A program made the position numbers and the translations under genes. Shown in pieces: positions 49,630 through 58,648 of a stretch of 64,000 nt of DNA; positions within the stretch are counted from its first letter, which is position 1, and the number at the start of each line of letters is the position of its first letter. The notes under the pieces were generated by a model. That model saw nothing but the letters and a program-made list of their open reading frames with translations. It was not told the origin of the DNA and did not search any database. The stretch comes from Candidatus Helarchaeota archaeon (lineage in GTDB: Archaea > Asgardarchaeota > Lokiarchaeia > Helarchaeales > RDOG01). The DNA is taken from NCBI GenBank assembly GCA_019058315.1, contig JAHPZH010000002.1, forward strand, positions 160,001 through 224,000, in the 5' to 3' direction.

Positions 49630-49673
49630 TAATTATCCCAATGATGAAGAGGTGATACTCTGAGGGATAATTA
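49630..49673 (+). ncRNA. candidate C/D-box sRNA unit 2 with a perfect 10-bp terminal stem
   Basis: TAATTATCCC-A-ATGATGA-AGAGGTGATACT-CTGA-GGGATAATTA. Confidence 0.7.
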
Positions 49674-49752
49674 GTTCTAAAATTTTGAAAAATATAATAA
49701 AAAGATAGGTTAGGATAAATTAGGAGTATTTAGGAAATAAAAAATTAGAAAA

Positions 49753-49800
49753 TCAGGTTTGAATTTTTACAACTAAATCTGGTTCCACTTCAACAGCCCA
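49753..49800 (-). repeat. displaced copy of the ilvE 3' end (direct repeat of 51787-51834)
   Basis: 44/48 nt identical; encodes WAVEVEPDLVVKIQT* versus WVVEVEPDLVVKIQT*. Confidence 0.9.
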
Positions 49801-49855
49801 GATTATATCCTCAAGTTTAAAAACTTAAATATGATAAATTTTATACCATATTAGA

Positions 49856-51738
49856 ATGGTTAATAACTATAAAGGGGAAAAAAAATCAACGATTCGATAA
49901 TATTTAAAAGTAAAGTCGGCTCTGATCAGAAGAATAATTGGTGTATCTGTTGTTTCTCTCCATTAGGGCTATTTCTCTTTATTTTAGTTGTATTCCATCC
50001 TAAATCGAATTTAATATTTCAAGTAGTAGGAGGAATTGGCTCTTTATTTTTGTTTACAAGTCTTTTTTTAGTGGGCTTTCAATCCATTCGTACATTTTTG
50101 ATAATATATAATGATGGAATAAAAATTGCGACTCCATATAGGTCTTTAGGACACAAATTCATACCTTGGCATGCTATAAAAGAAATTGAATTGTATTATA
50201 GAGGGCGTATTGGTTCAAGATATGACTCTCGAACTTATTATGAAATTTACATTTTTATTAAAAATCAACCAAAATCCTTAAAAATTTCAGAACTTTGGGT
50301 AGAAAATATAGAAACAGCATATAATTTGATAAAGAAACATATTAAACCTTTGCAAAAAACTGAAAATTGTCAAAATCATCCTAAAATTAAGACTGTAGAA
50401 CAATGTCGTACTTGTGGTGCTTATTTTTGTGAAAAATGTATTGAAAAGAAAAGTATTGAGGGGTTTAAATTTTGTGAGTGTTCCTTATGTATATATAATG
50501 TAGGATTAAATAGAATAAAGAAATGTTATTTTTTCTCTCTAATTTGTCCATTGATTTTTTTAATTTCTATAATTTTAAAACTATTGATAAATCTTGAAAA
50601 CGATTTAACACTAAATCTATACATAATTTCTTTCATTCTATCACTTCCATTTGCATTTATTACAACTCCTCATGGATATGGATTTTATTTTGCTAATGTA
50701 AAAAGGAAGGAAATATTAGAACAGTTAAATATAAGATTTGATCAATATTCATTAAAAAAACTCAAGTTTTTTGTGATTTTAATTAATTTAATTAATCCAA
50801 TCTTTTATTTTTGCTTTTTTTACCTATTATATCCAAGTTCTCACATAATTTTAAGTAGTATTTTTATGTCAATCTATCTTATTTTAACAATAATTTTTAC
50901 AAAAATTTCCTATAATATTGAAAAACCGAAAAAAACAGAGGAATGGAGTACACCTTTAGAGAGACTTATTTGTTCCAATTGTGGAGAAATATTTACTTTG
51001 AAATCTGATTATTGTTCATGTTGTGGTTCTAAAATCGATATCACTCAACCAACACATAGAGAAAATAGAAAATTTAAAAGCTTTAAATGTTATAACATCA
51101 TAATAGAAAAAGAAACTCATAATGAACTTATTCTAGTCAAAGATAACCGAAATTCTGCAGAAAAATCATCAAAAACAGAGATGAAATGCATTATAGTTTT
51201 ATTAATTCCTGTTCTATTTATTATTTTATTTTCTTTTAGCTTAGAAGCACTCCAATTTTTAGTTCTTCTTATTTTTCCATTACCTATTCTTATATTTTTT
51301 CTTATTGTATATTTTTTTGAAAGAATTGAAATAAATAAAGTTCAGAAATTGACAATCGATAAAAAAAATCAAAAAATTACTTACTATAAAAATTCTCTGG
51401 ATCCAACAAAAAAAATCGAAATATATGATATTAATACACTAAAAGTAATTGAAATAAAAGATTATAGACAAATAATTAATGAGATTAGACTTATTTTTTC
51501 AATAAATGAACTGAAATTATTTGGAATCATGCGTAAAAATAATATTATTCCAATCTATAAAAAATTAAGTTCTTATTTAGAAATTCCTATAATAGGAACT
51601 GAAGGGAAAAAAGTAATAGACTTAAATGAAGAAAAACTTTATACAGATTCTATATGCTGTCTTTATTGCGGATTTAATAATCTAATTAATGATAAAATAC
51701 AATATTGTATGAAATGCGGTGAAAAAATTTATAAGTAG
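49856..51738 (+). CDS. modular membrane protein (TM, PH-like, B-box-like Zn finger, Zn ribbons); 5' part frameshifted at an A8 tract (in-frame ORF 50050-51738)
   Basis: CQNHP...CRTCGAYFCEKC (B-box-like), CSNCG..YCSCCG, CLYCG..YCMKCG. The frame is open from 49873, but the ATG at 49856 is in a different frame. Confidence 0.65.
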
Positions 51739-51786
51739 TCAATAAAATCTGCCAATTTGAATAGATATAATAAAAAAATAAGAGAT

Positions 51787-52833
51787 TCAAGTTTGGATTT
51801 TTACAACTAAATCTGGTTCTACTTCAACAACCCACCCAAAAATATCTTCTTCTTCTTGAAGTTGAATTTTTGTAAGCAAGTCATATAATTTTTGAGTTAC
51901 TGACCCTACTTTAAAATCATTAAATACATGATCTTTACCCTTGTATAACAAGGATCCTATTGGAGTAACGACTGCAGCAGTACCAGAACAGAAAACCTCA
52001 GAAGCTTTCAATACTTCGTCAATTGTAATGTCTCGTTCTTCAACTTTCATTTTTAATTTCTTTTTAGCTATATCAATTATTGAAGCTCTTGTATTTCCTG
52101 GTAATATTGATCCAGTAAGTCTTGGTGTCATTAAAACGTTATTAACTACACAGAAAAAGTTTGCAGTTCCAACTTCTTCAATATACTTACCATTTGCTGC
52201 ATCTAGATATAATTCCTGATTATACCCTTTTTCTTTAACTTTTTTTGCTGGAAGCATCGAACCTGCATAATTACAAATGGTTTTAATACCACCAGTTCCT
52301 TTGGGGGCAGCTCTATGAAATTCTGTTATTGCTAATTTAATCGGATTAAATCCTTCTTTATAATAAGGACCCACTGGAACCACAAAAATTATAAATGTAT
52401 AACTAGGGGCGGGAGCAACTCCTAAAATTGGACCAGTTCCCCATAATACAGGTCGAATATATAACGCTCCTTTTCCATATGGTGGAATATAATCTTCATT
52501 TATTTTTACTACTTTCTTGACATCATCTACGAATTTCTTTGGATCATAGGGTGGGATTAGTAAACGTTCACAACCCGCTTTGAGTCTTTTTCCATTATCT
52601 AAAGGTCTAAAAAGCACAAGTTTATTCGCTTTTGTCCTTAACGCTTTCATACCTTCGAAAATGCCTTGTCCATAGTTTAATACACATGCAGCTGGTGAAA
52701 TTTCAAAATTTCCAAATGGAACAACTTTACCTTCATCCCAACCAGTCTTTTCTTCCCACTTCGAAAGAAACATACCCTTAGTTGGCATGAAATCGAAACC
52801 GAGATTGTCCCAGTCTATATTTACATCTGTCAT
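51787..52833 (-). CDS. ilvE: branched-chain amino acid aminotransferase
   Basis: LNYGQGIFEGMKA, LYIRP, GTGGIKTICNY, EEVGTANFF, ILPG.TR.S, SGTAAVVTPI. Confidence 0.96.
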   Translation of the reverse strand: MTDVNIDWDNLGFDFMPTKGMFLSKWEEKTGWDEGKVVPFGNFEISPAACVLNYGQGIFEGMKALRTKANKLVLFRPLDNGKRLKAGCERLLIPPYDPKKFVDDVKKVVKINEDYIPPYGKGALYIRPVLWGTGPILGVAPAPSYTFIIFVVPVGPYYKEGFNPIKLAITEFHRAAPKGTGGIKTICNYAGSMLPAKKVKEKGYNQELYLDAANGKYIEEVGTANFFCVVNNVLMTPRLTGSILPGNTRASIIDIAKKKLKMKVEERDITIDEVLKASEVFCSGTAAVVTPIGSLLYKGKDHVFNDFKVGSVTQKLYDLLTKIQLQEEEDIFGWVVEVEPDLVVKIQT

Positions 52834-53099
52834 TTCTCATCTCCTTCTAAAAATAAATTACAAAGTAGACTTTATTTGTTTGTTCAACTTATCTTCAATA
52901 ATTTAAAAATCTTTTGAGTATTTTACTAAATAAATTAGAATTTTTAGAGTATAAAATATCAAATTACGGAAAATGTACAGAATTTAAAAATATTAAATTT
53001 GTTATTTAAATTATTTATTAAATAAAAAGAAATCAATTAACAAATTAAGGCAAAAATTGAAATCAATTATTTAATATTTCAGGAAATTTCTTTAATTAA

Positions 53100-53238
53100 G
53101 GGCCTGTGGCATAGTATGGGCATATTCCTTTGACTAAAAGATATAGTATAGATAGTGCGCTGGCTTGCGGAGCCAGAAATCATGGGTTCAAAGTTAAAGA
53201 GAAACATTCTCCTTAACGAACATATCCCATCAGGCCCA
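53100..53238 (+). tRNA. tRNA-Arg(GCG) with D-loop and T-loop introns
   Basis: GGGCCTG/CAGGCCC acceptor stem, CTGGC-TTGCGGA-GCCAG anticodon arm, ATGGG/CCCAT T stem; insertions at about 53119-53150 and 53192-53223. Confidence 0.88.
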
Positions 53239-53433
53239 TTTTTCTCTTTTTAATAATGTAATTTCGTTGTACACAATCTGAAGAACTTTAATTTCTCTCT
53301 AAATAATGCTCTTTATGAGCGCGGTTATACAAATGACGAATACAAATCCTAAAAAAGAATATTTATTTTTAGAAATATTTCTTAAAATGGAAGCAATTAT
53401 CCAAAATTTTTATACTTAAAATAACCTGAAATA

Positions 53434-53556
53434 GGGTCTGTGGCTTAGGTTGGATTACATTTCCAAAGAGAGCACCTGCCTCCGGAGCAGGAGTTCATGG
53501 GTTCAAAGTTATAGAATGGACGATTCTTTAACGGATATATCCCATCAGACCCGCCA
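53434..53556 (+). tRNA. tRNA-Arg(CCG) with D-loop and T-loop introns, CCA encoded
   Basis: GGGTCTG/CAGACCC acceptor stem, CCTGC-CTCCGGA-GCAGG anticodon arm, ATGGG/CCCAT T stem; insertions at about 53455-53468 and 53507-53538. Confidence 0.88.
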
Positions 53557-53579
53557 ATTTCTTCTATTAATTGTTTAAA

Positions 53580-53894
53580 CTAAAGAACGAAGAAAAAGAT
53601 CGAAATTAATATTATAACTATTAATGCAGCTATCAAAATGTAAAAAGCTGGGCTTTTATATAACCCCCTCTTTTTCGGGCTTGGAGCAAATTTCTCATAA
53701 CATTTCTTTGAACAAAAAGCCATATATGAAATTGATTTGTTATCAGATTTGCGTACAATTTTATAGGTTTGACCTTTTTCTACCATTTGATCACAAACTA
53801 AACAGTGATAATGGGGATAAATAGAGACAGCTTCTGCTTGTTCTTGGCGTATCTTCCTTTTCCATTTTTGTAAGGGTTTCTTTGGCTCTGACAT
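53580..53894 (-). CDS. DUF2116-like Zn-ribbon protein with a C-terminal TM anchor
   Basis: PHYHCLVC...FCSKKC followed by a hydrophobic tail. Confidence 0.7.
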   Translation of the reverse strand: MSEPKKPLQKWKRKIRQEQAEAVSIYPHYHCLVCDQMVEKGQTYKIVRKSDNKSISYMAFCSKKCYEKFAPSPKKRGLYKSPAFYILIAALIVIILISIFFFVL

Positions 53895-53963
53895 TAAAAT
53901 TTCACTTTGCGTAATATTATTTGGTATATAGAAAATTTTTGTTATAAATAATTCTTAAAAAAA

Positions 53964-54419
53964 TCAGACAAGGTTTAAAATCAGATTTTCAATAAAATCT
54001 CCAAATAACTTCTTACGTTTATTAAATTCCTTTTTATCTTCATTTACTTCTTTACATCGCTCTACAGAAATAATATAACCTCGTTTTTTCTTTCTTTTTG
54101 GATCATCTGGAATTAAAAATTTCACGTAAATCTTTTTCTTCTTATTTTTAAATACAACAATATCTTTAAACGGAATATAATCTACATGTCCTCCAAAATC
54201 TGAAAAATTTGACCTAACTCCCATTTTTTTAGCATGTAATATAATAGCTTTATTCGTAATGGCTAATTGTCCAAATGCACCTGAGTGGTAACTTGTTGAA
54301 AAGCCTTTTTTTCTTACTGTACATCTGCTGGTATAAAGAATATCATCTTCGGGTGGAATTAATGCCTGTAATCCTTCTTGTAAAAGATTTAAAGGGATAT
54401 GATAATTGGTTTCATCCAA
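53964..54419 (-). CDS. PH/GRAM-like domain protein (paralog 1)
   Basis: ILYTSRC, GQLAITNKAII, YIP..DI, VERCK...F.KRK.LFG. Confidence 0.6.
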   Translation of the reverse strand: MDETNYHIPLNLLQEGLQALIPPEDDILYTSRCTVRKKGFSTSYHSGAFGQLAITNKAIILHAKKMGVRSNFSDFGGHVDYIPFKDIVVFKNKKKKIYVKFLIPDDPKRKKKRGYIISVERCKEVNEDKKEFNKRKKLFGDFIENLILNLV

Positions 54420-54453
54420 AATATATACACTTCATTTGTTTAGTGAATAAATT

Positions 54454-54912
54454 TTAATAAACCCCAAAATAAAGATTCTCAACGAATGCTCCAAATAAGT
54501 CTTTTCTTTTTTTAAAATCCTCGGGGTCTTCTCCAATATATTTACATCTTTCCACCCAAATATCATAGCCAATCTCTTTTTTTCCAGATAAATCATCAGG
54601 ATCTGAAAACTTAATAGTAACCATATTTTTCTTACCTTTTATCTCAGTTATTTCTCTGATAGGAATATAATTAATATTCCCTTTCATTGCTCCTACCTTA
54701 GTACCCATTCCAATCTTTGTTGCTACAAAAATAATTGCTCTATTAGTGATAGCTAACTCACCAAATGTCTTTCCACCTTCTCTTCGAGATTTCTTTGCTA
54801 CTGCACATCTACTAGTGTAGAGAACTTTCTCTCCAGATGGAATTTTTACTCTTAATTTAGGATCTAAATTAGTTATTGGAATATATATTTTTGATTCATG
54901 CAGTTTTTTCAT
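54454..54912 (-). CDS. PH/GRAM-like domain protein (paralog 2)
   Basis: GEKVLYTSRC, GELAITNRAIIF, YIP..EI, VERCK...FKKRKDLFG. Confidence 0.6.
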   Translation of the reverse strand: MKKLHESKIYIPITNLDPKLRVKIPSGEKVLYTSRCAVAKKSRREGGKTFGELAITNRAIIFVATKIGMGTKVGAMKGNINYIPIREITEIKGKKNMVTIKFSDPDDLSGKKEIGYDIWVERCKYIGEDPEDFKKRKDLFGAFVENLYFGVY

Positions 54913-55122
54913 CTCCCTAATTCATTTTTTTAAGATAAATTTGGAAATTTATTCCTTTAATCTGTTAAATATTTTAGATCAAAAAAAATATAAATCATAT
55001 CATCTGAAAAAATTAAAATTATCACTACTTCATCCTACTTATTCATTCCAGTTTAAGTCTAAAGCCTTTGGGTTGATTAAGATTTTAATTTTATTTGACA
55101 TTTTCTACTTAAATCGTCAAAT

Positions 55123-55608
55123 TTACATAACCGAATCACTTGTTTCAGGATCTTTATCTGTTTTATTCCTTTCATATATTTTAGATAGTATATCGAAGAA
55201 ATTTTCTTCTCTTTGTTTCCAGTGAGATTTATCCTCACCCTTATTTTGATTTATTGTTAGTTTCCATTTTTTTGTTATAGGATTGCCTTTTTTATCGACT
55301 TTTAAAATTCCTCCTTTTCGAACTTTTATCTCTACTAATACTTGACCCTTCTTTTTTAGGTTTAAATTAGCTACATCATACCATCTTATCCATTTACTCT
55401 TCCCAGATGACATATAACCATAAAAGCCAGATCCTCCTGTCCTTATTCTCCAAGCAAAACCGTTTTCACTTACTACTAATAAACCATATTCTTTATCAAG
55501 TTTGCACCTAGAAGTAATTATCGGATCATCTATTGGATATTCTGACATAATTTTCTCAAATTGTTTAAATCTGTCAGGAGATACGTCCCAACCTTCTATT
55601 ATTGGCAT
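55123..55608 (-). CDS. PH-like domain protein (paralog 3, divergent)
   Basis: IITSRC, GLLVVSENGFAW, WIRWYDV, GEDK..WKQR...F. Confidence 0.55.
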   Translation of the reverse strand: MPIIEGWDVSPDRFKQFEKIMSEYPIDDPIITSRCKLDKEYGLLVVSENGFAWRIRTGGSGFYGYMSSGKSKWIRWYDVANLNLKKKGQVLVEIKVRKGGILKVDKKGNPITKKWKLTINQNKGEDKSHWKQREENFFDILSKIYERNKTDKDPETSDSVM

Positions 55609-55704
55609 ATAAAACTACCTCCAAATTTATTATATTTAAAATATAATCATTTTGATACATACTAGAAGTTGAATATTAATTTTATTTTATATCTATATTT
55701 TCTC

Positions 55705-56760
55705 CTAAATTTCTAAAAAACTCTTTATTTTTTGAAAAAAAATTAGACTTACTATCCTTTGCTGATGACCATGATTTGAGCATTTTATACAAAATAAAAA
55801 ATATTGAGATTTTTTAATTGTATCCTTCAATATTGCTGATTGACCACAAATTTCGCATTTGAGAATATTATTTGCAATAATTCTATATAATTTTGGAGAT
55901 ATTTCTTCTGGAGATATATGACTAGGGAAAATAATTTTCAAAAATATATCGTGTAATATGCACTTTACAATAAGAATTATTCTATTATTTCCTATATAAC
56001 GTTTCTCGAACAAAAATTTTTTAATTATATTAAATTCCCCATTTAATGGACATGCCAAGGTAATTCCATGTCTTTGCAGAATATTTAATTTTTTGAACTC
56101 TATATTATTTTGAATTTTACCACCACATTCAGCACAATAATCTGAATTATCCTCTTTTTCAATTCTAGCACCACAATAAAGGCAATAAAAGAAATGCGTA
56201 AAAAAATCTTTATTAGTAATTACATTCTTCGCTCCAAATTTCTTCTTCCCTATGAAATGAACACTTAGATATTTTAATAATTTATTGCAAATTATAATAG
56301 CTTGTTCTTTACTACATTGAGCAAAAATCTCTATTTTATTAGTCTTAAAACTAAGAAGTATTTTGTAGTAAGTTTCACCATACCATCTTACCTTAAAATT
56401 TATTAATTTAATAGCTACAAGAGTATTAATGGCATATTCTTTTACTTTATGAGGCTTTAAATAATTTTTATAGTATATTATTTTTTGATTTTCTTTATCA
56501 ATAATCAATTTCTTTACTTTATTCGTATTCCATAGAGTAGATAAAAATATTGTAAATGCGAAGAATAGTATTATTAAAAATAAATATTCCGGTGATTTAT
56601 AATATAACATAACAATTGTGGTAATTATACAAATTAATATACAAATTAAACTAATAATATAAGAAAAAATATAAGTTTTATTAGAAACCACCCTTGTATC
56701 CTTTGTTAGGGTTAAGCGATTATCTGATTCCTCTTCAATATCGATTTCTAATCTTCGCAT
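55705..56760 (-). CDS. 2TM + PH-like + Zn-ribbon membrane protein
   Basis: Paralogous to the C-terminal part of 50050-51738 (NKVKKLIIDKENQKIIYYKN; CLYCG...YCAECG), with extra Cys/His motifs. Confidence 0.65.
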   Translation of the reverse strand: MRRLEIDIEEESDNRLTLTKDTRVVSNKTYIFSYIISLICILICIITTIVMLYYKSPEYLFLIILFFAFTIFLSTLWNTNKVKKLIIDKENQKIIYYKNYLKPHKVKEYAINTLVAIKLINFKVRWYGETYYKILLSFKTNKIEIFAQCSKEQAIIICNKLLKYLSVHFIGKKKFGAKNVITNKDFFTHFFYCLYCGARIEKEDNSDYCAECGGKIQNNIEFKKLNILQRHGITLACPLNGEFNIIKKFLFEKRYIGNNRIILIVKCILHDIFLKIIFPSHISPEEISPKLYRIIANNILKCEICGQSAILKDTIKKSQYFLFCIKCSNHGHQQRIVSLIFFQKIKSFLEI

Positions 56761-56870
56761 TTGTATTAAAAATCCATCAAATTATTTTAACTTTAAAAAA
56801 TAATAATCCCTATTAAATTCTCTCTGTAATTATTATTTGGATTTATTTTAAATAATCTATTATTAGTGAC

Positions 56871-57794
56871 TTAAAAAAATGATGTTAATTGTAATTTAGC
56901 CACATTACTATTGATTGCCATATTAAGCTCCTCCGCAATTGACCTGCACTTAATTTTAAAAAGATAAGCAATCGAAGTTGATAGTTGTTCTTCAGATAAT
57001 GATTCATAATATCCCATACCTTTAGCTATTATCAAATCTGCTGTATTGAAAATGTCAAGAAATTCTTCTGGAGTCTCAGAAAGGATTATTCCAACATGAT
57101 CAGTCCCAGTTGTTATAATTTTAACTTTAGAATTAGTATTTACAGATAATTCCAATAGACCTGCAGCTTTTGCATCCTCCATTGTAGCATCATTTAACAC
57201 AGGTTTTTCTTTAACAGCAACTATGACTTCTTTTCCTAAGTTGTATAATTCATTAATTAGAATATAATCAAGAACGATTTCACCAGCATTATCCGTTAAA
57301 TAAAGAACTTTATTTTCACTTTTAAGTAAATCATATAGATCTTGAATATCGTCTTTAGCCAAATTTTTTTCGGCATTTTCAAATGATTCTTCAAGAAGTT
57401 GTTCTAACGAATCCAAATCTATTTTTTGGTCTTCTATATGAAATTCGATGCTATTACCCACAATAGATGCTAAAAGAGCAAATCTAAATCGTTCATAAGG
57501 ATCCTTTATGGTATTCAATTTTTTTTGGAGAAATGGTAAAAATTTTAATGCAATCTTATTCGAAAGTCGTTTTTGTTCAGCGTATGGATCCTTACATCCT
57601 GAAAGTTGTTTGATTATTCGATCTCGATAGGTTCCAAGGTGAGCTGAGATGCAATTTTCAGTAAATTTCTCTTCAAACATCTTAATTAATTCATATACTA
57701 TTTTAAATTGTAAATTGATGTCTGAAGTAGCTAATTCAACTTCTTTTATACCTCTATTTAATAAACAAAATCCGCAATAAGGTTTAACTTTCAA
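56871..57794 (-). CDS. ARMT1/DUF89 damage-control phosphatase
   Basis: C..CL, DPY...K..SN, GNSIEF, YLTDNAGE, LNDAT, IIAKGMGYYE, KC. Confidence 0.92.
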   Translation of the reverse strand: MKVKPYCGFCLLNRGIKEVELATSDINLQFKIVYELIKMFEEKFTENCISAHLGTYRDRIIKQLSGCKDPYAEQKRLSNKIALKFLPFLQKKLNTIKDPYERFRFALLASIVGNSIEFHIEDQKIDLDSLEQLLEESFENAEKNLAKDDIQDLYDLLKSENKVLYLTDNAGEIVLDYILINELYNLGKEVIVAVKEKPVLNDATMEDAKAAGLLELSVNTNSKVKIITTGTDHVGIILSETPEEFLDIFNTADLIIAKGMGYYESLSEEQLSTSIAYLFKIKCRSIAEELNMAINSNVAKLQLTSFF

Positions 57795-57817
57795 ATATTA
57801 TCACAGAAATAGAGAGT

Positions 57818-58507
57818 TTATTTGAATCTTAATACTCCATCAACTAATTCATTAAGCTTTTTTTCTGGATCTGAAGCTTTAGTAAATGCTGATGCTACTA
57901 ATACTCCTTTAGTGCCCAATTTTAAAGCCGCATAAACATCCTCACCAGAGGAGATTCCCGCTCCGCATAAAGGAATGACATCAGGATTTGCTTCTAATAT
58001 TTTTTGAACGCTTGATTCAACTAATTTTGGTTCTGTTTTTGAAATAGAAATTCCTGAACCAATTAATTCAGGTAGTTCAAATGCAACATAATCTGGCTTA
58101 AATTTTGCGAGTTTTGCCGACTCTTCTGGACTCGGAGCGCAGACACAGATTTCTAATCCTAATTTTTTTCCAATTTCTATTGATTCTCTTACTACATCAT
58201 TTGCTAGTTGTCTTTCAGAATGGTTTAATAAAGTGCCAACTGCTCCTGCTTCTTTCACATTTTCAGGCAAAATATGTGCCGTATGGGACCCTGGAGAAAT
58301 AGCATCGATGTGTTGTGAGAATATGGGAACTTTTAACTCACGTTTTATACGATAAATATCAGCAAATTGAGGTGCGATGACTATATTAACTTTTGTCTTT
58401 TTCATAATCTTATCTGCAATTTTAGAAAGTTTTAAAGCATTTTCCCCAGATGCTTGAGAATATGTTTTATAATTCAAAATGATAATTGGTGTCTTCAAAT
58501 TTCCCAC
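57818..58507 (-). CDS. tpiA: triosephosphate isomerase (archaeal type)
   Basis: ILNYKTY, QHID, GTLLNHSE, E.PELIGSG, LCGAGI, GVLVAS. Confidence 0.96.
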   Translation of the reverse strand: MGNLKTPIIILNYKTYSQASGENALKLSKIADKIMKKTKVNIVIAPQFADIYRIKRELKVPIFSQHIDAISPGSHTAHILPENVKEAGAVGTLLNHSERQLANDVVRESIEIGKKLGLEICVCAPSPEESAKLAKFKPDYVAFELPELIGSGISISKTEPKLVESSVQKILEANPDVIPLCGAGISSGEDVYAALKLGTKGVLVASAFTKASDPEKKLNELVDGVLRFK

Positions 58508-58648
58508 AAACTATGTAATTTTTTAAAATAATATTTAATTTAAAATTCTATTCAAGGTGAATATAAAGAATTTTATAATTAAAGGTCTAATGTAAAATAT
58601 AAATAAATTCTTACATTCTCACGATTAAAAAGAAAAAGATGTGATAAT

